From: Narcine bancroftii
Taxonomy: Eukaryota
Reading direction: 5' to 3'
DNA length: 64,000 nucleotides
NCBI RefSeq assembly: GCF_036971445.1
Contig: NC_091472.1
Location: forward strand, 129,084,001-129,148,000
Below the pieces are notes generated by a model. It saw nothing but the letters and a program-made list of their open reading frames with translations. It was not told where the DNA came from and made no database searches. Below are positions 49,276 to 62,468 of this stretch, one piece after another. Within the stretch, counting starts at the first letter, position 1; every line of letters begins with the position of its first letter. The translations under genes were made by a program, and so were the position numbers.

Positions 49276-50581
49276 GGGAGAACTTCACTCTGAAGGTGGT
49301 GAATCTTGAATGTGGACTCGAGTTTAATTTTTAAGAAAAATTTGGATAGGTGCATGGATTGGAGGGATGTGGAGGGCTATGGTTAAGGTGCAGGTCAGTG
49401 GAATGGCATGGATGAGAAGAGCCAAAGGCCTGTTCAGTGATCGTATCAGATGCTTGTATCTGGAGCTTGGTTTCAACAGGAACCTCTGGCTGGAGGAGAA
49501 TACATGGACACTCAGTGGCTATGGCAAACAAATGTTGAGGTATATCATGTACATTACATTTTTTGTATTATGTGACAATAAAAGGAACCTTGAACTTTGG
49601 TGCATGCAAATGGGATAGTCTAGATCAGAAAAAAGATTGACATGGTGGATTGATGGGCATGTTTCTGTACTGTATAACTAAATCTTGTGATGATAATTTC
49701 TTACTCTAAACAGTTCTGGAGTTTTATCCTTTCAATGGAAAAAATATAATGATAAGAAAGTACCAGCCATGTTTGGTGAAGGAAATATTTCTGTTACTGG
49801 CTCTGTCAGGGAAACAAAAATTAATATATTTTACATTTTAGTTGAAAGGTATTGAAAATGTTGTACATAATAGGAAGTTGCTTTCTCAAAGTTCTGCACA
49901 GGGCTCAAGATCAAATTTTGTCTTTGCTTAAAAAAAACCTTCGTGATATTTGGATAATTGGTTTAGGCAGGGTGAAGCTAGGAAGAGTATAAAAGCATCT
50001 TGAGTGCAGAAGGAAAAATAAAGAGTGTTGGGGACAGGAAGTGAGAGTTTGAGGAAGAGAAAAAAATAAAAAAGAGGATAGGAACATAACAAATAGGAGC
50101 AGGAGAAGGCCATCTGGCCTGTCAAACCTGCTTTGTCATTTATTAAGATGATGACTGACCTGGCCATAGTCTCAACTACATCTACCTTTTTCTCCATAAT
50201 CCTCATTTCCCTTACTATGCAAAGATATTTGGAACTCTGCCTTAAGTAAATGTAATGAGGTAGCTTCTACTTGTTCTTTGGGCAGGAATTCCATAGATTT
50301 AGTAATCCCTGGGTAAAATAATTCCTCCTCATCTCAATCCTAAATCTGCTTCCTTGAATTTTGAGGCTTTGTCCCATTGTTCTCGTTTCTCCTATCAGTA
50401 GAAATCACATTCCTGCCTCTATCCTATCTATCCCTTTCATAGAACCATAGAACACTACAGCACAGAAAACAGGCCATTGGCCCTTGTAGTTTGTACTGAA
50501 ACATTACTCTACTAGTCCCATTGACCTGCACCCATTCCATAACCCTTCAGACCTCTTCCCATCTATGTATCCATCCAAATT

Positions 50582-53500
50582 CTTTTTTTGAAAAGTTTAT
50601 TTAAAATTTTACAAAATACAAATGCAAAATACAAAAAAAATTCAAGTCTACCCCCTATACCCCCCACCCCAATATCCCACCCCTTACTATCCCTCCATCC
50701 CTCCACCCCTTCGAGCTTAACATACATAAAGTATTTATAAACAAACAGTGGGTTAGGTTGCAATACATCAATTCAACAATCCAAACAAGAATTTTAAAAA
50801 TATTACTTAACATCTAAATTCATACATTTCAAATATGGAGTCCACATTTTTTCAAAAAAAGAGTAATTATTTTGCAAATTATATGTAATTTTTTCTAAAC
50901 ATAAACATGATTGATGTTTATTATGCCATCTCTGTATACTCAACTCCACATCATTTTTCCAGGTGACTGCTATACATTTCCTAGCCACTGCCAAACTTAA
51001 TCGAATAAATGCAATCCAAAATTTATCCAAGCGTGCTGTTAATGGATTCATATAATCAAATAAACACAACCATAGAACAACATACAAATCTATTTGGAAT
51101 AAATCTCGCAAAAATTTTGTAATCTTGTCCCAAAAAGGTTTAACCTTTACACAATTCCATGCAGAATGAACCAAACTACCTATCTGATCTCCACACCGAA
51201 AACACAAATCAGAATCACTAGACCCAAATCTCTTTAAATTTTCAGGAGTTAAATATAACTGATGCAGAAAATTATAATTAACTAAACTATAATGCACATT
51301 AACTAATTTTGTAATGCTATACAAACATAGATCTGACCATTCTTCCTCAAAAATAGAAGTAGATAACTCCTGTTCCCATTTATATCTTATTCTCAATACA
51401 CCTACCTCCTTCATTTTTACCTGTAACAACGAATACATTTTGGAAACAAACCCTTTCTTTCCCTTATCCATAAGTAATATTTCAAACTTTGATTGTGTTG
51501 GTAATATAATTTCCTGACCAAAACAATTCTTTTAAAAAAATCACATACTTGATGATAAGCAATGTATTTTGTGATATTCTAAATTTCTCTCCAAGCCTAT
51601 CAAATGAATGAAATAAACCTGCCTCAAAATAATCTTCAATTAATATCAAACCTTTTGAGTCCCATTCCTTCAAATAAAGATTATGAATAGAGGAAGGAAT
51701 CAACTGATTTTGATATAGCAGAGTTTTAATTGAACATACATCCTTCGAACCTATAAATTGGTTCCATTGACTCCATACTTTAAGCAAATAACTCAATACG
51801 GGTAACTTGTATGTTTGTAAAAGCAATAAATTCCATTTGTATTTAAAATGGTATATTGAACTTTCCCATATCTGATGTAAGCCCACATTGGTGGTTGATC
51901 AATATCAATAACAAACAATCTACTAATACTGTGCTGCCTGGTAATAATTTTGAAAATGTGGTAACTGAAGACCTCCCAAATCATATGCCCATGTCAATTT
52001 TTGCATTGATACGAGATAATTTACCTTTCCACAAAAAAGAACGTATCACTTTATTTAATTCTTTTTAAAATTTCCCCGCTCAGGACATGGGATTGATTGA
52101 AACAGATACTGAATACGTGGATATATATTAATTTTGATACAATTTACCCAACCAATTAATATTAATAGTAAATCCTTCCATCGATTTAAGTCAGACAATC
52201 TTATTTAACAAAGGTAAATAATTTAAACCATATAAATTCTTATCTTTCTTTGGCTTGGCTTCGCGGACGAAGATTTATGGAGGGGGTAAAAAGTCCACGT
52301 CAGCTGCAGACTCGTTTGTGGCCGACAAGTCCGATGCGGGACAGGCAGACACGATTGCAGCGGTTGCAGGGGAAAATTGGTTGGTTGGGGATGGGTGTTG
52401 GGTTTTTCCTCCTTTGCCTTTTGTCAGTGAGGTAAGCTCTGCGGTCTTCTTCAAAGGAGGTTGCTGCCCGCCAAACTGTGAGGCGCCAAGATGCACGGTT
52501 TGAGGCGATATCAGCCCACTGGCGGTAGTCAATGTGGCAGGCACCAAGAGATTTCTTTAGGCAGTCCTTGTACCTTTTCTTTGGTGCACCTCTGTCACGG
52601 TGGCCAGTGGAGAGCTCGCCATATAACACGATCTTGGGAAGGCGATGGTCCTCCATTCTGGAGACGTGACCCATCCAGCGCAGCTGGATCTTCAGCAGCG
52701 TGGACTCGATGCTGTCGACCTCTGCCATCTCGAGTACTTCGACGTTAGGGATGTAAGCGCTCCAATGGATGTTGAGGATGGAGCGGAGACAACGCTGGTG
52801 GAAGCGTTCTAGGAGCCGTAGGTGGTGCCGGTAGAGGACCCATGATTCGGAGCCGAACAGGAGTGTGGGTATGACAACGGCTCTGTATACGCTTATCTTT
52901 GTGAGGTTTTTCAGTTGGTTGTTTTTCCAGACTCTTTTGTGTAGTCTTCCAAAGGCGCTATTTGCCTTGGCGAGTCTGTTGTCTATCTCATTGTCGATCC
53001 TTGCATCTGATGAAATGGTGCAGCCGAGATAGGTAAACTGGTTGACCGTTTTGAGTTTTGTGTGCCCGATGGAGATGTGGGGGGGCTGGTAATCATGGTG
53101 GGGAGCTGGCTGATGGAGGACCTCAGTTTTCTTCAGGCTGACTTCCAGGCCAAACATTTTGGCAGTTTCCGCAAAGCAGGACGTCAAGCGCTGAAGAGCT
53201 GGCTCTGAATGGGCAACTAATGCCCATTCAAATTCTTATACTACTTATCAATAATTACACCTAAATACTTAATCTTATCTGACCATTTAAATTTAGTAAT
53301 TTGCATACAATCTGAATAGTCCTCATCAGATATAGGTAATATCTCACTTTTATCCCAATTTACTTTATACCCCAACATTGATCCATAAAATTTTAACAAA
53401 TCCTGTAAATGTTCTAAAGAATTCTTAGGTTTAGATAATATATTAACACATCGTCTGCAAATAAATTAATTTTGTACTCTCATTGCCTAACCGTAATATC

Positions 53501-55729
53501 CTGAATATTCATATTTTGTCTAATTGCCTGTGCTAAAGGTTCTATAACCAATGCAAATAAGGCTGTGACAATAGGCAGCCCTGTCTAGTTGATCTAGACA
53601 AAGTAAATACTTGAGAGATCTGACTATTTGTCACCACCTGCGCAGAAGGATTTGTATACAATGCTTTAACCCAGCCAATAAAAGATGGTCCAAATTTAAA
53701 TCTCTCTCACACTTTAAACAAAAGCCTTCTCAGCATCTAATGCTAATATCATTGGTAGATTAAGTTGCTATCGTGATGCATTAATCATTGTAAGTAATTT
53801 AGTAATATTATCAGCTGAATATCTATTTTTAATATATCCTGCCTGATCTACATGCACCAATTTTGGTTAAAAAAAATGAGCCAATCTATTTGCTACAATC
53901 TTATAATCTACATTCAATAAAGATATAGGTCTATAAGACACAACCTTCAATGGGTCTCTATCTTTCTTTGGTATGACTGTTATCAATGCTCTCGAAAATT
54001 ATTCAGGAAACAACCCCATATCTGTAACCTGCTTCAATACATTCATATATACTGGAAACAACAAATCATGAAATACTTCATAAAACTCTACTGTAAATCC
54101 ATCCTCACCAGGTGATTTACCAATTGGCATAGATTGTAGTGCCTCTTTAAGGTCAAAATCCGTAACAATTTTACATCATTCTCCTCCAAAGAAGATAAAT
54201 TCAGCTGAGACAAAAAAGTATCAATCTGTTCAATATCTACATTCTCTTCAGATGCATACAAATCTCGATTAAAAAGCATGAAATTCCTCATTAATCTCCT
54301 GTGGTTTGTAAGTGACACCTGAATTTCCCTGTATTGCATTCATTGTTCTAGAAGTTTGTTCAGTTTTCAACTGCCATGCAATACTTTATGTGCTCTTTCC
54401 CCTAATTCGTAATAACGCTTTCTTTTTTGTTCAGAGTGGTTTAAAGAGGGGGAGGGGGGTTCTCTTTTTTCCCTTTTATTCCCTTTTTTTTTTACAGTTG
54501 TATTTTAGAGTAAGGTAAGGGGCGGGGTTTTTCTTTCAATGGAGCTTTAGTGTGTCTGTGGGTTGTTGAGAATTATTTGTTAAGATAAAATGAGTAAATT
54601 GAATTTTGCGACATTTAATGTTAAAGGGATGATTCATCTGATAAAGAGGAAGCGGGTCTTGGATTATATCAAGAAGTTGAAGGTGGATATTGCATTTCTA
54701 CAAGAGATGCATTTGACAGAAAAAGAACATTTGAAATTGTAGAGAGACTGGGTTGAACATGTTTTGGAATCTTCTTTTCATTCTAAGGCCAGGAGAGTGG
54801 CGATTTTTGGTACATAAAAGGGTACCTTTTATTTTAGAATCTGTTTTTGAAAATGCTGGAAGAATTTTGAAGGTGAATTGTAAATTGTTTTCGGAAGCCT
54901 GGACTTTATTGAATTTATATGCACTGAATGAAAATGTACAATTTGTAACTGATGCTTATTTAAATTATAATCAATCAAATGAGAACATAATGGTAGGAGG
55001 GGACTTTAATTGCTGTTTGGATCCACTGTTGGATAAATCTCCAAAAGTTGTTAAGAAAACTAAGATGGCTAAAAGGGTGATAGAATTGATGGAGGAGTTA
55101 AATTTAGTTGAAATATGGCGATGTATTCATCCGACTGAGAAGGATTATGTTTTATTCTGCTCATCATGACTCATATTCTAGAATAGATCTTTTTTGGTCT
55201 CAGCTCATTTACAGGGAAGGGTTGACTATGCAGAATATAAGAGTAGAATATTGTCAGATCATTCTTTGTTGTTGATTTCTTGTGAGATTGCGGAGAAGGT
55301 TGAAATAACTTGCCATTGGAGGTTTAACGAGATGTTACTTAGACGACCTGAATATGTTTTGTTTTTGAGAGATCAGATTACATTTTTTCTGCTGATGAAT
55401 GAGAAATCAGTACAAAGTTAATTTACATTGTGAGATGCTTTGAAAGCATATTTATCAAATTATTAGTTATACAGCTAAAGTTAAAAAGCAATATACAGCG
55501 GAACTTTTGGAGACAGAGAAAGAGATTGCAGATTTAGAGAAAAAATTTCAAGAAAATGCAATGGAAGATAATAAGGTACAGTTATCTAATTTGAAACTTT
55601 ATTACAATATGAAGCAAACTTATAAATATGAGAGATTGCTTTTGAGATCAAAACAGCATTATTACGAATTGGGGGAAAGAGCACATAAAGTATTGGCATG
55701 GCAGTTGAAAACTGAACAAACTTCTGGAA
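50582..55729 (-). mobile_element. L1/Tx1-like LINE with inverted 5' part (RT and C-terminus on minus, 50582-~54419; endonuclease on plus, ~54420-55729)
   Basis: Plus part starts ORF2 at ATG 54590 (MSKLNFATFNVKG...FLQE...GGDFN...SDH); minus part has RQGC, FADD, GYKVNWDKSE and CFRC...H...C; short flanking repeat CAAATT (50576-50581 and 55730-55735). Confidence 0.88.
52244..53229 (-). mobile_element. Young 5'-truncated RTE-clade LINE inserted in the L1
   Basis: Uninterrupted 295-aa ORF differing from 14196-15083 at about 9 residues; TSD AAATTCTTAT at 52234-52243 and 53230-53239. Confidence 0.94.
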
Positions 55730-55956
55730 CAAATTATTCTTAAAATGTAAAATTGAGCCCACATTTATCGTCAGATTGTAGCTCATTCCACACTCCCACC
55801 ACCCTGAGTGAAGAAGATCCCCCTCAACCTTGTTTCACCCTAAAGCCATGTCCTCTCGTATTTATCTCTCCTAATCTAAGTGGAAAAAGCTAACTCACAT
55901 TTACTCTGTTTATACCCCTCATAATTTTGTAAACCTCTATCAAATCTACCCTCATT

Positions 55957-56463
55957 TTTTTTGAATATTTTATTTTTTATTTTCAAAGACTCAAATCCAA
56001 ATAAGCAATATATTATTTTCCAACAATAATGTATATTTTATCCCCTACCCCTCTCCCCTTCCTCCCGTCCCTTATACAAAAAAAATTATATAAATTAAAC
56101 AAATACAAAGAACAAGATATCGTTGAAGTCAAAAACCTTTAAGGGAACTTAAGAACCCAAAGAAACCTAAAATATAAAGATAAGAAACAAAATACAAGAA
56201 CATGTCGCCTGCGCCACGACCCACTTCGCTGATCTCAAGCATTCCACTATTGGTATGATTGTTGTATTCATTTTATCGAAGAGGGGTATAATTAAATCTG
56301 CGCACCCATGTGCTGCAGATAGGGATGCCACATCCTAATGAATTGGATGTAATTTTCTCCAGGGGAATACAACTCTGAATTTCTGTATTCCATCATGTAA
56401 TATTTAGTTGGGAATTGGACTTCCATGTGACTGCTATACATTTCCTTCACAAACTGAATTTTG
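55957..56463 (-). mobile_element. Short L1-like 3' fragment inserted in the CR1
   Basis: Poly-T end; WKS...CIPLEKIT-like tail on the minus strand; TSD CAAATCT(A/C)CCCTCATT at 55941-55956 and 56464-56479. Confidence 0.75.
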
Positions 56464-57859
56464 CAAATCTCCCCTCATTCTTCTACCTCCAAGGAATAAA
56501 GTCCTAACCTGTTTAATCCTTCCCTGTAACTCAACTCCTGAAGACCTGGCAACATCCTAATAAATCTTCTCTGCACTCTTTCAATCTTACTGATGTCCTT
56601 TCTGTAGTTTGGCGAACAGAACTGCACACAAAGCTCCACATTTGGCCTCATCAATGTCTTTTACAATTTCACCATAGCGTCCCAACCCTATACTCAGTAC
56701 TTTGATTTATAAAGGCCAAGATGCCAAAAACTTTCTTTATAACCATGTCTACCTGAGACACCATTTTTAGGGAATCTTTATTCTCAGATCCAAATACTTG
56801 TGTATCCAATCTCTCACAACGTGTTCCACTAATTTACCTACTACTAATGTCAGGCTCACCAGCCTGTAATTTCCTTGTTTACTTTTGGAGCCTTTTGTAA
56901 ACAACAGAATAACATGCGCAACCCTCCAATCCTCCTGTCTCTCACCCATGGCTAGGGACATTTTAAATATATCTGCTAGGGCAGCTGCAATTTCTACACT
57001 AGTCTCCCTCAAGGTCCAAGGGAATATCATGTCAAGTCTGAGGAATTTACTACCTTTATTCACTGTAAGGCAGCAAGCACCTCCTCCTCTTTAATCTCCA
57101 TATGTTCCACAACACTACTGCTTGTTTCCCTTCTTGTACAGTATGCCAGTTTCCAAGTAAGTACTGATTTAAAAAGATTGTTAAAGATCTCCCCCATCTC
57201 ATGAGGCTCCATACGTAGATGACTGCTCTGATCTTCTTTTGTCTCTTACTATTCTTTTACTTTTCGCATTCTTGTAGAAACCCTTCGGGTTTACCTTCAC
57301 ATTATCTGCCAAAGCGTATTTGTCTTTTTGTCTTCCTGATTTTCTTTTTAAGTATTTTCTTATATTTATATACTCATCTAGTACCTCCTGCTAAACACCG
57401 CTCTTCTTCTTAACCAAGGAATGTCTCCAACACCTTTCTCATTCCTCATTTAAACCCATTTGGCCTCTGCAGACGAGCCCTCTGGGCTGTCCTGTCAAAG
57501 CACAGGTGTTATATTTTCCCTAACTAGCAATGCCACTCCTCCCCTTTTCATCCCTCCCCCTCTATCATGTCGGAACCCTGGAGCTTTGAGCTGCCAGTCC
57601 TGCCCCTCCTGCAACCAAGTCTCACTTATAGAAATGATGTCATAATCCTACGTGCCAATCCATGCTCTAAGCTGAACTGCCTCTCTGACAATAAATACAC
57701 CCAAGAACATTTCTATCGCATACAAACCTTTGATTTCTGTCTATACTTGCAATCCTTGCATGATCTTTATCCTCCTCCACCTCATTCACTATCTGCTGTA
57801 ACACTAGTTCCTATCCCTCTGCAAATCTAGTTTAAGCCCCCCCAGAAAATAATTTTGTT

Positions 57860-58700
57860 TCTAAAATTGCCCTTCTCATTCTTCTGAATTCCAGAAAGTA
57901 TAGTATAGCCTCATGCAACTCAAGACTAAACTCCTCATTTCAGATATCATTATGGTGACCCTCATCTGTACCCCTCTAAAGGCAGAATATATTTTTTAAG
58001 TAAGGAGAGAACTCCAGGTGTGCCCTCATCAGCATCCTGTATGGTTGCAGCAGAATCTTTCTGCTCTTAAATTCAATCCATCCAGCAATGAAGCCAACAA
58101 AAGCCGCCTTGATTACCTGTTGCACCTGAAAACCAAACTTTTGAGATTCATCCCTTTGCATAATAGCAAATCTTTTGCCATTTAAATAATAATTTTATAT
58201 TTATCCTTCCTAATTGGATGACCTCATATTTACCAACATGATATTCCATTTGTCAGACCCTTGCCTACTCAATTAATTATTTATATCTCTCTGCAGACTT
58301 TCAGTATCCTCTTCACATTTTGCTTTTCTAAGCTGTTTAGTGTCAACCGCAAATTAAGATGCACTACATTTCGTCCCCGCTTTCAAATCATTAATGTATA
58401 TAATGAATAGTTGTGGGCCCAGCACTAGCCCCTGAGGCACTCTGCTTATCACTAATTGCCAACCAGAGGAACACCCATTTATCCCATTTCTCTTGTCTTC
58501 TTTTGATTAACCAATCCTCTATCCATGCCCATACTTTATCCCCAACTCCATGCCTCCTTATCTTATGGATAAATCTTTTGTGCGACATCTTGTTGAATGG
58601 CTTCTGGAAATTCATGTATACAACATCCATCCGTTCCCCTCTAACCAGTAAATTTATCAAACAGGGCACACCTTTCCTAAATTTATGCTATGTGCGCTTG
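57860..58700 (-). mobile_element. Degenerate CR1 RT fragment
   Basis: DVVYMNFQKPFNKMSHKRFIHKI and IEFKSRKILLQPYRMLMRAHLE. Confidence 0.8.
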
Positions 58701-59039
58701 AAAGAAAATAAGGGTGTCAAAGGGGAGGAAGGGTGGTAGGGAAAAGAATGAATGTATGAGACTTGAGAAAATAAATGGTTGAGAAGGGGAGAGGAGAGCA
58801 TGCAGTGAGAAGAATTGGATGCAATAATGATGGACTTTGAAAAGAATAGAGAAAAACAAGGATACAGGGGGAATGGGTACAGGAAGAAAAAGTGATGTAT
58901 TTGTTAGGAGAAGAGCTATTTGGCACAAATGAGTTTAGGCCCCTCTGCTTCAGCTTAAAGCATGTGTTCCTTTGCTTACTTGGCAAGATCTGAAAAGAAA
59001 AGGTGTTAATTGGATATGACTATTGTAGTGGACATTATG

Positions 59040-59520
59040 GTGTTCAGTTTCTCTGATGTAGAGGAGACCAGCTTGGCTCTGTCTGCTGCAATAGCGTTGA
59101 TCTCCCAGTGACCACCCATTTCAATTTCCCGTCCCATTCCTTTGGTTTTATGAACTGCCAGACTGAGACCACCCACAAATTTGAGGAACAATACCTCATC
59201 TTCAGTCTGGGCACCCTCCAACCAGATAGCATTAACATCAATCTCCAATTTCCATTAAACCTGTCTGTGTCTGTCTCCCTCTCCCTCCCTCTCTCCCCCA
59301 CATTTTCCTTCTGTCTCCTTTTTTGTATGTTGGCCTGGACTCCTCCCCTTACCATGCTTCCACCTTTCTCAATCTTTATTGAGACACCTGCCTGCTTTTT
59401 GCTTGTATCTTAAAGAAGTGCACATGCCAAGATGTTGGTAATATATCTTTACCTCCTATGGAGACCACCTATGTGAGCCCGGCTGAATTCATCCATTACT
59501 TAACATGTGCTTTTACAATA
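59040..59520 (+). mobile_element. Penelope-like 3' fragment
   Basis: THFNFPSHS...KFEEQYLIFSLGTLQPDSININ, homologous to the end of ORF 31178-31687. Confidence 0.75.
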
Positions 59521-60244
59521 AAATCGACACAGCGATATTGAATTTTGTCTCCAGTACTTTTGCAATGTTTGAAGTGCAGACAGTTTGAACATTGAACTTG
59601 AACTGTTTTGAAATGGGCATTCCAAACTCTGCTTGGAGAAACTGCATTATTTGAAATAATTCATTTTTAATATATTGTAAAATATGCAAGATATTTTGTC
59701 AAAACCATTAGATATGAATACAGAAAAGTGGTCTTCAGTTATCATATTGCTCTATTAATCACAATATTCTGTTTGTGTTTTACAGCTCCAGATGGATCTG
59801 GGACCATTGATTACACCAGTAATGTTTTAATTTAACTTTTTTGTTAATTTATAGCATGATATTAACGTAATGGCTTTTAAACATATGTTGGAAACATGCA
59901 CTGATGGTTTAGAGATGCCAATTATTAAACAAATCAAATGTTCTCTCCATGTTACTCTGAAATCTATAACTTGGTGTTGGGTGTCTGCAGGCTGAATTAC
60001 TAAGTCTCATATTTTATGACTTAGGAGCAAAATAGGATGTTAGATATTATGTGTGTGGTACCCAAAATAATGACTAGGTTTACAGAATTCTCCCACTGCA
60101 AAAAAAAAATTAGTAGAAAATCTCCACAGTTCGGACATCAACAGTAGAGAAAGAAATAAATTTAATGATTCAGGTTGATGACTCCTCAGAACGCAGAAGA
60201 GTTCAACGCAAATCTGAGAAAGAGTCAGTTAAAAAATAATTCTT

Positions 60245-62468
60245 TTTTTTAAACTTTATTAATAACACATACAAAATAAATGTTTACGGAAAGTACACTA
60301 AAATACTACTAATACATTTTAACTCTCACTCCCTCCCATAACCCCCTTATACAAATCTTTATATACCGAAGGACCAAAAAAAAACAAAAATTATAAGTAC
60401 TGCTGTGGAGTATATTACATCCTTAACAGAATTTTTTTTAAAATCATAATAAAACTACTTTTAAATCTATGTCTAACCCCATACATTTCAGATAAGGAGT
60501 CCACATTTTAATTAAAAAAAAAAAATCATTATGTAAATTGTTTTTTTTCCTAAATATATACAGGATTTTAATTCAGAATTCCATCTTTGAATATTCAATT
60601 CTAAATCATTCTTCCAAGTAACTGCAATACATTTCCGGGCTACTGCCAAAGCTAACCGAATAAATACCAGTTGAAAATTTTCAAGCCTCAAACTGGTTGT
60701 TAAGATTGTAAAATACCCCATTAGGAAAAATAACGGATCAAAAGTCAATTTAAATTTAAATAAACCTTCCAAAAATTCCATAATTCTCTGCCAAAAAGGC
60801 TTAACTTTTTCACATGACCAAACTGAATGTAAAAAAAAAAGTACCAACTTGCTTTCCACAATGAAAACACAGATCTGATGATTTAAAGCCATATCTTTTT
60901 AATTTCTCAGGAGTCAAATATAACTGATGTAAAAAAATTATAATTTACTTAACTATATCTCACATTAATTAATTTACATTATCTTCACACAATGTCATCC
61001 ATTCTTCCGAAGATAACAATATAGATAAATCCTCTTCCCATTTATTTTTCATTTTACATAAATCTGATTTAATCATTTTTTCTTGTAATAAAGCATACAT
61101 TTCAGAAATAAAACCTTTTCTCAATCCACCCTCAATTAAAATTACAAAATTGGGTTTTTTAGGTAAACTTAGTTCCCATCCAAAGTTATCCAATAACATA
61201 GCTCGCACTTGATAATATACAAACAAGGAGTGAGGTAATATTCCAAATTTTTCCTGAAGTCGAGCAAAAGAAAGGAACTGACCTACCTCGAAGCAATCTT
61301 CCACTAATTTAATGCCTTTCATGCCCCAATTTTTCAAGTAATAATTATTTACTGAAAAAAAGATTAATTTATTCTGGAAAAAATGGTGCCTTCACTGAAA
61401 TTTTGCCTTTACTACCAGTAATCTGATCTCTAACATACCAAATCTTCATCAAGTGCTGCAATACAAGTATATTATAGTTTTGTAAAAGAGAAGGGTTCCA
61501 TTTATAAATAAATTGATTAATAGAAAATTCAGCAATTTGTGCTAACTCAACTTTAGTCCAAATTGGAGGTTGATGTATGTCAAACATTCTATTAATAAAC
61601 TTTAATTGAGCAGCCTCATAATGATTCTGAAAGTGTGGTAATTGAAGTCCACCTAATGCATACTTCCATGTCCATTTTTGTAAAGACGCTCCAGCTAATT
61701 TACCTTTCCATAAAAATAATCTCTCTGCTGCATTTAAATCTTTTAAAGAAAGGTTTAAGAAGTACACAAGGAATAGACTGAAAAAGATATTGAATACATG
61801 GAAAAACATTCATTTTGACACAATTTACTTGTCCTATCAAAGTTAATGGTAAGTCTTTCCATTTATTCAAATCCGATTTCATTTTATTTAATAAAGGTAC
61901 ATAATTCAATTTATATACATTTTGATATTCAACATCAACCATTACTCCTAAATATTTAATTTTATTAGTCCATCGAAACCATGTAATCTGTTTACAATCT
62001 AAATAATCCTCATTTGAAATCGGTAATATTTCACTTTTATCCCAATCAACCTTATATCCTGACATTTCTCCATACTGTACCAGACGAAATTGAAGCTTTT
62101 CCAAGGATTCTTTAGGATGTGTTAAATAAATTAACACATTATCCACAGACAAATTAATCTTGTATTTCTCATTACTAATTTTAATTCCCTGAATAATAAT
62201 ATCCTGTCTAATAGGTTGGGTCAGTGGCTCAATAAGGCTAGCGACAATGGACAACCTTGCCTCGTTGACTTAGTCAAATTGAATGAAGATGAAATTTGTC
62301 CATTAGTCACCACCTTAGCTGACGCATTTTTATATAAAGCCTTCACCCAACCAGTGAAGAGTGGTCCAAATTTAAATCTTTCCAACACTTCAATTAGAAA
62401 TTTCTGCTCTATCCGATCAAAAGCCTTTTCAGCATCTAGTGCTACTATAATTGGTTGATTGGGTTGCT
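60245..62468 (-). mobile_element. L1/Tx1-like LINE ORF2 remnant
   Basis: LDAEKAFDR, RQGCPLS, SGYKVDWDKSE, GGLQLPHF, LAVARKCIAVTWK motifs with frameshifts. Confidence 0.9.

Larger units (their letters stand above)
50440..57845 (-). mobile_element. CR1-type LINE (3' end at ~50440), interrupted by two L1 insertions
   Basis: 3' UTR sequence breaks at 50581 and resumes at 55730; RT block EDWRVAHVILLFTKGSKSKQGNYRLVSLTLVVGKLVE at 56767-57063. Confidence 0.75.

Noticed and set aside
49714-49775. Possible second exon of the ubiquitin-like gene after ttactctaaacag
   Set aside because: The acceptor is plausible and one frame is open, but the donor is weak and the peptide is unrecognisable; insufficient support.
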